This document shows positions 16,984 through 27,101 of a stretch of DNA of 32,308 bases, one piece after another. Under the pieces are notes generated by a model. It was not told where the DNA came from, made no database searches, and worked only from the letters and a program-made list of their open reading frames with translations. Within the stretch, counting starts at the first letter, position 1; each line of letters opens with the position of its first letter. A program made the translations under genes and the position numbers. The stretch is from the sequence record NC_004087.1; one strand, given 5' to 3'.

Positions 16984-19900
16984 ATGTTTATAATTTTGAA
17001 AAGAAACATTTTAATCAATATGAGTTTTCTACTAAATTTAGGAGAATTAGGAACATTCTTTGCAGATGAAATTGAAAATTTGGAAAACTTTACTAATTGG
17101 ATATCTAGTGATTTTATAAATTTTATTAATGCAATAGTTAATGATATTAAAAATATTGCAAGTTTCCTAGGTCAAGCAATTTCCGATATTCCTACTTTTA
17201 TGGTAAATATTGCAACTAATTTCTTAACAATTTTACAAAATTTTGTACAAACTGCAATTTCTACAATTCAAGGATTTGTTTCATGGTTTGAACAACAAAT
17301 TGTAGGAGCTTTTGAATTTCTGTCTTCTATAGCATCTGATTTTATAAATTCAGCATATTCATTTTTCCAAAATGTGGCAAATGTATTTGCACAAATTATA
17401 TCAGGTGTAATTTCGGATTTCTTAAACTTTTTTGGAGCTAATATGAAACATATTTCTAATGCAATTTCTCAACTTAGCCAATTTTTATCGCCATTTATTG
17501 CTCCAATTACAATTGGTAAATTCTTACCAGTAATTGTAGATAAATTGGCTGAAATATTACCAGAAATAGAAATAGATTTAGCTCCAGTTGGTTTAGGCGG
17601 GAAAATTCCAATTAAATTTGGAGAAATTATAAAAGCTTTTGCGGAAACTTCAGTAGATTTTTTAAATGAAATAAGAACAGAACTCGCGACAACTTTAAAA
17701 GAATTTATAAAAGAACCCTTTATTTCAGATTTTAAAATTTCTGCTAGAGAAATATTTAATGAAATTGGTTTGGGCGATTTGCCATTTGCAGATCCTCCTT
17801 TTCAATTAATTGGAAGATGGGTAGCAGTTAGATCATTTGATGAAGTTAAAGATCACTTGAGAGAAACAATTTTACTTACTGGATATCCAGCTTGGTTTAC
17901 TAACGCTTATTTAGAATCTCCAGTTAACGATTTTGTTCCTAAAAATCCACTATTTAGACCAGTCGGAATTAGAGATTTAATAACGGGTTCACAATATGGA
18001 ATATTGAATATTTCAGATCTTGAAAAATATGCATATAACAATTTGATAACTCCAAAAACTGCAAAATTAATGTATCAAAATCAAACTGCGAGATTATTAC
18101 AGAGAGCTGTAGAACAAGGAATTAGACAATTCGTTATTACTCCGCAAAAAGCTTATGAAGAAATTATTTCAAATATTAATTTAACTGGTAAAGAATTGTT
18201 CTTGAAAACTTTTACACTTGAATATGAATATGCAGTTCAGAGAATAGTTAGACAATTCTTAAGATCATTATTATCTAGAGCCTTATCTAATTTTGGAAAA
18301 CCATATCTTGACTTTAAATATTTAGATAATACAATTGCAAAACTATTTAAAGATCTTGGTTATCCAGAAGAAGTAAGGACAGTTTTCGATACTATGATTA
18401 CACAATCTCAGCTAATAGATACTAATCAACTTCTCTTAAGACAATTACAACAAATCGTGAAACTAGGAATTTTTAATGAGAAAAAGATTAAAGAAGAATT
18501 AAAAGCTAATAAATTTAATGAACAAGTAGCATTACAAATTTTAGAAAGTGAATTACAATTTGCACAATTGCAAAATACACTAAAAGAGTATCAATTCAAA
18601 CTTAAGAGTTTTCTAATTTCTCCAAAAGATGTAGAAAAAGATCTAAAGCATCTTGGATTTGATTCTGCAATTATTTCAGCTTTGATTTACGAAAATCAAG
18701 TTGAACAACTTATAAAATTCCAATTAACAAATATAGAAAGTTTAGCGAAAAAAGGGTATTTATCTTTAGATGAAATTAAAAAACAATTTAAAGCAATTGG
18801 AATAATAAAAGAATATGAAGATGCATTTATAAACTTTATAAATCAAGAATTGCAAATATCTGCATTTTTAACAATTCTAAAAAGCCAATTAAGACAATTC
18901 CAAATTGATCCAAAAGTTGCAGAAGCAGAATTAAAGAAATTGAATATTAATGAATATCTATCAAATCAAATAATCCAAGAAGAATATAATATAAATATTG
19001 CAAAACTACATTTAAGTGTACTGGAAACTATAGCGAAAACATTATATTATGATCAACAACAATTATCAGGAGAATTAGAGAAAATTATAAAAGATAAAAC
19101 TGCACTTGAACTATATATTAAGAAATTCTATTACGAATACATATATCCAAAAATCGTGAATTATCATGTACAACTAGCAAGACATGGAATTCTTTCAGAT
19201 ATTTCGAAATTACCAAAAGAAGTCATAGATTATGAAATTAAGCCGGCATTATTGACTTATCAAACTACTCTTGAAATTGAATATATAAAAGAATCATTAA
19301 AAGATTTGGAAATTAAGCCTACTGACGCAATAAATGAATTAGAGAAATTAGGAATGCAAAAAGATATAGCACAACTAATTGTGAATACTTACATTCCAAC
19401 ATTTTATAATGTCCATACCATAATTCAAAATATCATAGAAGGACAGTTATATAAAGTTGGGAAAGTCCCGATAAATTTAGGAAATGCGGAATCTGAATTA
19501 AGAAAACTAGGAATTCCCGATAGTCAAATAAAGATTTTATTAGATCAATATTCTACAACTTTTGGACTTGATATTTGGAGAAAACATTTACCTTCAATTT
19601 CCATAATTGAAAATGCAATAAAGTACAATTATCTAGATCAGAAATTAATAGAATATAGCTTTATCCCATCTGAATTATTGAATTTATACATAAATTATTA
19701 TCAACATTTATTAGTAGGTCAAGAAGTTCAATCTTTCAAATCTGAATATATAACTGCATTAATTTACAATTATCAGAATCTGCAATTAGAAAATTTATTA
19801 AAACAATATGGTATTAATGAAGCATTATTAAGCGTAATAAAATTATTTGCACAAGTTAGAAAAATCGTGTTAGGTCTTCAAGAATTATATCTCACGCCGA

Positions 19901-20196
19901 CAAAAGCATTATCGATTAGCGAATATGTATCAAATCCACAACAATTACTACAAAAAGTATTTACAGAATTCCAGATTCCGCAAGAACTCCAAAATACATA
20001 TTTTGAATATGCAAGAAATAGAAGAGTTAGTAGATATGTAAACGAAATAATTACGACAATTAACCTATTATTTGAGAAACATAAAATAGATCTTGGCACG
20101 GCACAATCTTATCTTCAACAATTGAAAAAATATGGACTAACAGATGAAGAAATTCAATTAATAATACTCAATTGGCAATTAAGAAGTGCTTACTAA
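16984..20196 (+). CDS. Terminal fibre protein (ORF1070); start may be Met13 at 17020
   Basis: Largest ORF; N-terminal amphipathic repeats followed by helical repeats; promoter TTTATATAGTTGTCAT at ~16889-16904. Confidence 0.92.
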   Translation: MFIILKRNILINMSFLLNLGELGTFFADEIENLENFTNWISSDFINFINAIVNDIKNIASFLGQAISDIPTFMVNIATNFLTILQNFVQTAISTIQGFVSWFEQQIVGAFEFLSSIASDFINSAYSFFQNVANVFAQIISGVISDFLNFFGANMKHISNAISQLSQFLSPFIAPITIGKFLPVIVDKLAEILPEIEIDLAPVGLGGKIPIKFGEIIKAFAETSVDFLNEIRTELATTLKEFIKEPFISDFKISAREIFNEIGLGDLPFADPPFQLIGRWVAVRSFDEVKDHLRETILLTGYPAWFTNAYLESPVNDFVPKNPLFRPVGIRDLITGSQYGILNISDLEKYAYNNLITPKTAKLMYQNQTARLLQRAVEQGIRQFVITPQKAYEEIISNINLTGKELFLKTFTLEYEYAVQRIVRQFLRSLLSRALSNFGKPYLDFKYLDNTIAKLFKDLGYPEEVRTVFDTMITQSQLIDTNQLLLRQLQQIVKLGIFNEKKIKEELKANKFNEQVALQILESELQFAQLQNTLKEYQFKLKSFLISPKDVEKDLKHLGFDSAIISALIYENQVEQLIKFQLTNIESLAKKGYLSLDEIKKQFKAIGIIKEYEDAFINFINQELQISAFLTILKSQLRQFQIDPKVAEAELKKLNINEYLSNQIIQEEYNINIAKLHLSVLETIAKTLYYDQQQLSGELEKIIKDKTALELYIKKFYYEYIYPKIVNYHVQLARHGILSDISKLPKEVIDYEIKPALLTYQTTLEIEYIKESLKDLEIKPTDAINELEKLGMQKDIAQLIVNTYIPTFYNVHTIIQNIIEGQLYKVGKVPINLGNAESELRKLGIPDSQIKILLDQYSTTFGLDIWRKHLPSISIIENAIKYNYLDQKLIEYSFIPSELLNLYINYYQHLLVGQEVQSFKSEYITALIYNYQNLQLENLLKQYGINEALLSVIKLFAQVRKIVLGLQELYLTPTKALSISEYVSNPQQLLQKVFTEFQIPQELQNTYFEYARNRRVSRYVNEIITTINLLFEKHKIDLGTAQSYLQQLKKYGLTDEEIQLIILNWQLRSAY

Positions 20197-20317
20197 CAAT
20201 TTCCAAATGCCATATACATTATATTTATTATATGAATTATAGCTTACAGGTTTACATGAGAAACAACTCATATACATTATATTATGTATTAGATTTGATT
20301 TTTTATTTACGGCATTT

Positions 20318-22021
20318 TTGATATATTATATCATGCCATTACCATATAAAGTAAACTTTAAATTACCATTAGAATATCTATCGTTACAAGACTGGAATAA
20401 CTTTGTTCAGAATTTAATATTTATAAATCAATACGGTACAGCTAAATTATTACAATATTATAAAAATGGTAGTTTCCAAAATCTAAAAGATGTTTTCGCA
20501 AAATATCTATATGTAGCACAATTAAAAGTAAATGGATATAACGTTTTACATAATTTATCAGAGCCTTTAGCATATACTTTTGGAAATGTTTTTCAAGAAC
20601 TTGCAAATAAACCTTCTATAAACTTACCTGAAATTAATGTACCAGTATCTTCTATTAATTATAAATTACCGCCTGTAGAAAAACAAATAGAAGCATTAAT
20701 TCCTAATTTAATTTCTAAAATTTCAATTCCTATAAATATAGCCGGAACACAATTTACATTTTCTGGAAATTCGAATTTAGCACAATTAACATCTCAATAT
20801 TTACAATCTGTTTATCTTCAAACTTGGAGAAGTATAACATTACAAAATCTAGGTAATAGTTCAGTTCAAATAAATAATTCAATTTATTTAATGCCTAAAC
20901 AGTGTCTAAAAATTACAGTTTCAAATCCACAAGAAGTACAAATTTCAGCCCAAAGTTCTACTTTGTTAAGCGAATTAATTGAATTTAATGTAATTCCAAT
21001 TACTGCTTATACAATTACAATTACAAATTCTCAACCTGATCCAACTCCATCTCCATTTCAACAATTACTAATTCTGAATTTATCAAACATAATTTCTAGT
21101 CCTTCTCAGTTACTTAATCTACAATTTTGCTTAGATTCTCAGTGTAAAACACCATTATATTCCTGGATTGAAAGTTATAATTCTAATTTATCAAATGTTT
21201 ACATTTGGATTAATTTGCCAATTTCAATTCCTGCAAACTCCTCAATTACAATTTATATGTTTGTAAGAAATTCAATTCAATATCCTTACACCGGGATGAG
21301 ACCAGACCTAACTTCCACTTATGCACAATATGATAATGGAAAAAATGTATTTCTAATTTATTTTAACGGAAATGAGCCATTATCAAATTTTAACACTGAA
21401 GGAAATACAATTCAACAAATTTCTACAATTGGGCCACTAGGAAACACTATAAATGCAATATATTTATCTGGATATTCAAATAATGTTGGATTTGTTTATA
21501 CTGGAAAAAGTGTACCAAATCAACCAGTAATTGTAGAAGCTTCTGCAAAAGATATGGATAATCAGACAGGCGGTTTAGGTGCAGATAACGGTCAGGCAGG
21601 AATTGCAGATAGTACAAATACAGCAATTATAAATGCAATTGGTGTAACTATGGGTAACAATAGTGATTATTTCTCTCAAGATTTTTATATAAATGGTTCT
21701 GAAACAAGAGGTTATAATTTACAAGGTTCCGCAGTTTCTCAGTGGGTTTATGCGTGGGTTGTTTATCAAGGTTCTTCTGCAAGTTCATGGTCTGGCTGTA
21801 TAGCTCCGCAACTCTATAGTTCTAATGGAGGATATTGTGGGACAGTTAATAATAATCCACTTTCTAGTTCTACACAATTATATTTAGCAGTTATCGGCGG
21901 TGTCGGTTATTATGATTATTGGCAAACTGCATGGAATTTCATGAGAATGAGGACTTATCCTCCAAACGGCGTAATGCCATCTAATACAAATCCACAATTA
22001 ACTACAATTTATGTCGCGTGA
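20318..22021 (+). CDS. Minor structural protein with DUF2341-like domain (ORF562/564 family)
   Basis: ITITNSQPDPTPSPFQQLL...PLYSWIE...IWINLPISIPANSSITIYM matches the DUF2341 pattern; beta-rich C-terminus. Confidence 0.8.
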   Translation: MIYYIMPLPYKVNFKLPLEYLSLQDWNNFVQNLIFINQYGTAKLLQYYKNGSFQNLKDVFAKYLYVAQLKVNGYNVLHNLSEPLAYTFGNVFQELANKPSINLPEINVPVSSINYKLPPVEKQIEALIPNLISKISIPINIAGTQFTFSGNSNLAQLTSQYLQSVYLQTWRSITLQNLGNSSVQINNSIYLMPKQCLKITVSNPQEVQISAQSSTLLSELIEFNVIPITAYTITITNSQPDPTPSPFQQLLILNLSNIISSPSQLLNLQFCLDSQCKTPLYSWIESYNSNLSNVYIWINLPISIPANSSITIYMFVRNSIQYPYTGMRPDLTSTYAQYDNGKNVFLIYFNGNEPLSNFNTEGNTIQQISTIGPLGNTINAIYLSGYSNNVGFVYTGKSVPNQPVIVEASAKDMDNQTGGLGADNGQAGIADSTNTAIINAIGVTMGNNSDYFSQDFYINGSETRGYNLQGSAVSQWVYAWVVYQGSSASSWSGCIAPQLYSSNGGYCGTVNNNPLSSSTQLYLAVIGGVGYYDYWQTAWNFMRMRTYPPNGVMPSNTNPQLTTIYVA

Positions 22022-22027
22022 TCTATA

Positions 22028-23281
22028 ATGTCTTCAACTTGTTATCCAATTACTTCATTTGGAAATTTATTGAATAAAATAGCTAAACAATCTTTAATTT
22101 CATCTCAAGTCTGGAACGAAATAGTTCAAGATCTTTATACTGCATATTCAGTTTACAAATATATAAATACAACATTACAATATCAACTTTTCTATGGAAA
22201 TATATATACTCTTTATGATTTATTTAACAATTTAGATTTATATATTTTAAATGCAAAACCATATCCATTTACGCCATTAATCCAAGCTAGACCTGGATTA
22301 CCATTAACTGTAAATTACATGAATAATTTAATAAATGCAATTACGAAAGTAGCAAATGAAAATAATATAGCATTAGCAAAACCTTTAAATTTTGTTCAGT
22401 CTAATGAAATTGTAACATCTAGAAAAATTAATGATATTATATATGCAATTAATCAATTCTTAACTTTTGATTATAATACTTATTTTCTATTAGATTGTAA
22501 TGGCTCACTATTTAATAATTTAATAAATTCCAAATCGGCATTTTTAAATGTATTAATTGATAATCCTTCACAAAATATTTCTACTAATAATATATATATC
22601 AAAAATTTGATTATAAATTATTTAAATACATTTTTGAATTTTTATGGAAGTTCAGCTATCGATAATCTTTTAGTTGGAAAAACTTATACTAATTTCGGAA
22701 TAAATACATATGATAACTCATATATTCAAAAAATTATAATGTATCAACTTTATGGTTTAATAGAAACATATAATAATTCATATATTCAAAAAATTATAGT
22801 TAATGAACTTAATGGTGCAATAGAAACAAATGATAATTCATATATTGACACAATTATAGTTAATCAACTTAATAATGCAATAAATGCATTTGATAATTCG
22901 TATATTAAAACAGTTATAATTAATCAATTTAATGGCAGTATGTATATACTTTCATATATTGATACAATTATATTTACTCAACTTTCTATATATCTGCCCA
23001 TAAATACTGGTAATCATATAGGAAATCTTATAATTAATACAAATTATGGAACTGTAAAAATATATGATAGTACAGTTCTACAAAATTTTATAATTGATAC
23101 AAATTATCAAGAAATAGATATAGATGAATACGCAATTATAAAAAATCTTATAATTAATACAAATTATGGAACTGTAAAAATATATGATAATGCAATTGTT
23201 GAAAATTTGATATGTAAACAAAATTATGGACAAATACAAATAAGCGGAAATGCACAAGTAATAAATAATAATTGTCAATAA
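22028..23281 (+). CDS. Fibre/adhesin-like protein with C-terminal 20-aa beta-helix repeats
   Basis: Repeats DNSYI(Q/D/K)xII and NLIINTNYGTVKIYD. Confidence 0.75.
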   Translation: MSSTCYPITSFGNLLNKIAKQSLISSQVWNEIVQDLYTAYSVYKYINTTLQYQLFYGNIYTLYDLFNNLDLYILNAKPYPFTPLIQARPGLPLTVNYMNNLINAITKVANENNIALAKPLNFVQSNEIVTSRKINDIIYAINQFLTFDYNTYFLLDCNGSLFNNLINSKSAFLNVLIDNPSQNISTNNIYIKNLIINYLNTFLNFYGSSAIDNLLVGKTYTNFGINTYDNSYIQKIIMYQLYGLIETYNNSYIQKIIVNELNGAIETNDNSYIDTIIVNQLNNAINAFDNSYIKTVIINQFNGSMYILSYIDTIIFTQLSIYLPINTGNHIGNLIINTNYGTVKIYDSTVLQNFIIDTNYQEIDIDEYAIIKNLIINTNYGTVKIYDNAIVENLICKQNYGQIQISGNAQVINNNCQ

Positions 23282-23758
23282 CTATAATTTACAGAATACA
23301 AATTCTCTATTATCATCAGTTACAAAAGTTAGAATTGTTCCGTATAATTTTCTTAATAAATCGAATCTATTTTCTGTCCAATCATGTATAGCTATGCAAT
23401 ATTGTTTATATTTCTGTAATTTAGAAAAATCTAGATTTTTCTCACAGCCTTCACAATCCATAACTAGAATATCAGTATCTGGATATTCGTTACTTTTCCA
23501 TTCACCTTTTGATTCAACTTTATCACAAATCTTGAATTCTTTACAAACTGTTTCTTTAAAGATTTGATTTAGTTTCTCTTCTTTTTCAAATCCAATTATC
23601 TTTTTCGCTCCTTTCAATAGAAAATATAAAGCAGAACTACCACAGTCATTTCCAATTATTGTAATTGTTTTATCTTTTACATCTAATTTTGAATATGCAA
23701 ATTCGAATTCCCTCCAATAACAGCACTGCAATTTACAAAAATAATCATCAAAATTCAT
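23282..23758 (-). CDS. FkbM-like SAM-dependent methyltransferase
   Basis: Motif I IIGNDCGSSALYF, acidic IIGFEKE, and LVMDCEGCE. Confidence 0.85.
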   Translation of the reverse strand: MNFDDYFCKLQCCYWREFEFAYSKLDVKDKTITIIGNDCGSSALYFLLKGAKKIIGFEKEEKLNQIFKETVCKEFKICDKVESKGEWKSNEYPDTDILVMDCEGCEKNLDFSKLQKYKQYCIAIHDWTENRFDLLRKLYGTILTFVTDDNREFVFCKL

Positions 23759-24564
23759 TATTGAACTACCTCAAATAGAGCATAAACTGTGCATTTTCCA
23801 GTAGCCCAGGCGTAAACGTTACTAGGATTTCTAACGTGAAATTCTAAACTATCTCCTGGCAAAATCGGGAAACTATTATATAATTTGTTACCGATATATA
23901 CAATATAATTACTTAAATTTTGCAAAATTATTCTAACTGTTTCTATTGTAGAACCATTATAAATTGGAGATGGAATTGTTGATAAACTAATTTGCAAACC
24001 TTCTATAGTTGGAGGAGATAAAAATAAAGTTAATTTATTTAAAGTATTAGCTAATCCGACAGTCGCTAAATAGAAATATGTGAAAGTATAAGCTAAAAAA
24101 TCTGCAATTGAATAAAGAGCATTTATTCCAGTTTTTTGTAATTGTGAAATTTGAGAACTTAAAGTAGAAGTTAAATCTGAAATAGTTCTATACAAATTTG
24201 TATATAAATCATATGAAATTTCTTTTGGTAATTGAGAAATAGAATAATAAAGTTGTTGATTTGAATATAGAATTTGGTTAATTTGTTGATTTGCAGTTCC
24301 AATAAAACCTGCAATATATATTGGATCTTGTTCTGTTAGTACTGGTTGTCCAGATACGTAAACTTCTTTCTGGAAAAATCCAGCTAATGCAGATATATTA
24401 TTCGGGATATATAGATTTCCATTTTGTAGAATTGAAGTTAAGGAATTTCCACCAGTTTCATAAAGTTGATATAGAAGTAATGTAGCAGTGTTCCACATAC
24501 TTGACGTTAATCTCTGGAATGGACTAGCTAAAAGTGAAGAAATTGAAGTATAAGTTACACTCAT
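23758..24564 (-). CDS. 268-aa probable structural protein, paralogous in part to ORF567
   Basis: Shared N-terminal WN helix and C-terminal ILQNL beta-domain (see findings); preceded by the 29-bp late element. Confidence 0.7.
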   Translation of the reverse strand: MSVTYTSISSLLASPFQRLTSSMWNTATLLLYQLYETGGNSLTSILQNGNLYIPNNISALAGFFQKEVYVSGQPVLTEQDPIYIAGFIGTANQQINQILYSNQQLYYSISQLPKEISYDLYTNLYRTISDLTSTLSSQISQLQKTGINALYSIADFLAYTFTYFYLATVGLANTLNKLTLFLSPPTIEGLQISLSTIPSPIYNGSTIETVRIILQNLSNYIVYIGNKLYNSFPILPGDSLEFHVRNPSNVYAWATGKCTVYALFEVVQ

Positions 24565-24695
24565 ACAATTTTAATAAGTAACTGACTAAAATAAAGTGTC
24601 ACATCTTATAACTCATATATATTATATAATGTATATGGTTTGTTCTCATTTAGATCATTTAAAATTAAAATATGTCATATTGTTTAGAAATTATT

Positions 24696-25301
24696 ATGAA
24701 AATTTTCACTTTTGTTGGATTTACAAAACATTTAGATGAACTAGATTTTGATTACGTAGTAGTCGATAAAACTTTTAATGATATGTCTGATGATCAAATC
24801 AAAAAATATCAAGAAAAAATAATTTGGATCATGACAAATACAGAAATAAGATGGTTGAGAATTGCAAAACAATTATTAACAATTGTAAATTTTGCAAAAA
24901 ATATAGAAGATGATATAATTGCAATTATTGATAGTGATTTAATTATACCAAATTTAAGAGAAATTATTCCAAACGAAAGAATTTTTACACCGTGCTACTG
25001 GCTTTATTACGACTGGGCAAATGAAATTAGACCATTTTGTAGTGGTACAAATTATATTTTCAGAAAATCATTACTACCATATCTGGAATATACAATAAAT
25101 ACATATATAGAAAATGAATATTATAAAGAAATACCAGTTGATATTTTTATCCATAATTTCATTCCACATATGAATATATTAAAATTAGGAACTATTCATT
25201 ATGTAAAAACTCCAATTGGAGAAATAAAAATGGAATTTAGATATGAAGATATTCAACAAATTTTCAAACATATCCCTGAATTTGTACTTCTGATAGGTTG
25301 A
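24696..25301 (+). CDS. GT-A glycosyltransferase (start moved from 24672)
   Basis: DxD motif AIIDSDLII; the ATG at 24672 lies within the ATGTCATA promoter element. Confidence 0.75.
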   Translation: MKIFTFVGFTKHLDELDFDYVVVDKTFNDMSDDQIKKYQEKIIWIMTNTEIRWLRIAKQLLTIVNFAKNIEDDIIAIIDSDLIIPNLREIIPNERIFTPCYWLYYDWANEIRPFCSGTNYIFRKSLLPYLEYTINTYIENEYYKEIPVDIFIHNFIPHMNILKLGTIHYVKTPIGEIKMEFRYEDIQQIFKHIPEFVLLIG

Positions 25302-25308
25302 TCTAGAA

Positions 25309-26379
25309 ATGCAGAAAACTATTTTCTATGTTTATCCACAACATCACGACGTTTCTTTCAAATTTGTAGCTCAAGAACATGTAAAAATGCTTAGAGAGAA
25401 ATACATAGTTTACGAAATTCCAACTTTATCATTCTATCAGTTCACTCCTTTCAGATATCCAATTTCCATAATTCATCCGCTATTCTATTCTATGTGGAAA
25501 TGGGGAAAAATAGAGTTTTCATTTTTTGAACAATATAGAACTAGAGTTTCCGCACTTCTAGGAGTTGAAGTAGCAGATACTGATAAAATTGCAAAACAAT
25601 ATATAGAATATGCAAATAATTTTACGGATGGAATGATTTTAAATTCTGAGTGGTCTGTTAATGCATTTAAAAATTCTGGATTAAAAGTACCGGCTTATAA
25701 AGTTTTCCATAATTTTAAAGATAGATTATTAGCAAAAAATGAAGAACTAAAATTAGATGATCAAATTCTATATATTGAAAAATTAAAGAAAGAGAAGAAT
25801 TTCAAATTAATATTTATCTCATTATGGCATAGTGATTATAGAAAAGGTGCCGATATTTTTCATGTAATAGCTAAGGAACTACAAAAAGAAAGAAATGACA
25901 TATATTTTCTAGTAAAAAGCGGATTACCGAGAACTGATTTTCAAGATCTCAAAATGTTTAACATTTTCGGAAATACTTCATTTGATAATATCGTTAAAAT
26001 GTATAGAATTTCAGACTTATATTTACTAACTAGTAGAGGCGGTAGTTTCGAATTAAATGGTCTAGAAGCATTTATAAGCAAAATTCCCGCGTTAGCGACA
26101 AAAGGTGGAGCTTGGGAAGATTATTATCCTCCTAATTTGAAAGATCTCCTAATTGATAGCTGTGAAAATCCACAAATATTTCCAGATAATCCAATTCATA
26201 TTGGAAATGGAGTTCAAATGTGTATAGGAAAAGCTATAGATAAAATTCTAGAAGTACTAGATAATTATGATAACTATAAAGCTAAAATTGAGGAAAATTA
26301 CAATTTCTGGATAGAAAACTTTAGCTATAATGCAGTAAAAAAACAATTACTTGAAGTTATGGAAAAATATTCTAATTAA
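25309..26379 (+). CDS. GT-B (GT4-like) glycosyltransferase
   Basis: YRKGAD and SRGGSFELNGLEA motifs. Confidence 0.9.
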   Translation: MQKTIFYVYPQHHDVSFKFVAQEHVKMLREKYIVYEIPTLSFYQFTPFRYPISIIHPLFYSMWKWGKIEFSFFEQYRTRVSALLGVEVADTDKIAKQYIEYANNFTDGMILNSEWSVNAFKNSGLKVPAYKVFHNFKDRLLAKNEELKLDDQILYIEKLKKEKNFKLIFISLWHSDYRKGADIFHVIAKELQKERNDIYFLVKSGLPRTDFQDLKMFNIFGNTSFDNIVKMYRISDLYLLTSRGGSFELNGLEAFISKIPALATKGGAWEDYYPPNLKDLLIDSCENPQIFPDNPIHIGNGVQMCIGKAIDKILEVLDNYDNYKAKIEENYNFWIENFSYNAVKKQLLEVMEKYSN

Positions 26380-26652
26380 TTACCGAGACCTCCAAAAATC
26401 AATTTCGATAATACAGACTTTGTTATCTTTCCAAAAATAATTAATTATTGAATGAATATTGTTTCTATATTCATAAAAATCAACTGTTCTATTTTTTTCA
26501 GCATATCTATACGTTAAATCACCATCTTTAATAATTTCTTCAAATTGATTATACGAAACTATTATTTCTTTATTTAACATTAAATTCATTCTTACTATCG
26601 TCTGATCCTGGAAAAATTTCTCAACAATTGATTTTAATTCTTCAAACTCCAT
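26380..26652 (-). CDS. acrID1: AcrID1-family protein (start MEFEEL at 26652)
   Basis: MEFEELKSIVEKFFQD...IIEIDFWR matches both AcrID1 termini; GAGGTGG SD. Confidence 0.8.
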   Translation of the reverse strand: MEFEELKSIVEKFFQDQTIVRMNLMLNKEIIVSYNQFEEIIKDGDLTYRYAEKNRTVDFYEYRNNIHSIINYFWKDNKVCIIEIDFWRSR

Positions 26653-26664
26653 TTTTACCACCTC

Positions 26665-26952
26665 TTATCTTTTCTCACGAAATAGATCAATTTCTAGAAT
26701 ATGTATAAAACCTTTTTCTTTAAAATAATAAATAATAAGTTTAACAAGTGTATTTGATAATTCATAATATACAAACTCATCTGATAATACCCAAGGATCT
26801 TTATCTACAAAAGATAGATTTGGTCTTCCTACTAATTCGTTATACTCATTTTCTGAAACTATTAAAGGTCTCTTAAAGGCTAAAGTTAACTCATTAAGAT
26901 TTTTTTCTTTAAAAAACATGTCTATAATTCGTTTAACTTTTTTCAAATTCAT
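26665..26952 (-). CDS. acrID1: AcrID1-family protein (start MNLKK at 26952)
   Basis: MNLKKVKRIIDMFFKE...ILEIDLFR. The track GTG at 26964 is part of the GGTGA SD. Confidence 0.75.
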   Translation of the reverse strand: MNLKKVKRIIDMFFKEKNLNELTLAFKRPLIVSENEYNELVGRPNLSFVDKDPWVLSDEFVYYELSNTLVKLIIYYFKEKGFIHILEIDLFREKR

Positions 26953-27101
26953 TTCCTGTTTCACCTATCTCTAAAAATCAAAAATTCTATGACATTTTTA
27001 TATCTTTATTTTTTGGAATAAGTAGGATTAATATTTGGAATTTGAGAAAAATTATCGATAGAATTAGGTAATGTTAAAAAATAAAAAAAATAAAAAAAAG
27101 A

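Noticed and set aside
16869-17069. 66-aa + strand ORF with TTG start
   Set aside because: Spans the fibre-gene promoter and overlaps its start out of frame; no SD.
19878-20099. 73-aa - strand ORF
   Set aside because: Antisense inside ORF1070.
23078-23278. 66-aa - strand ORF
   Set aside because: Antisense reading of the AT-rich coding repeats.
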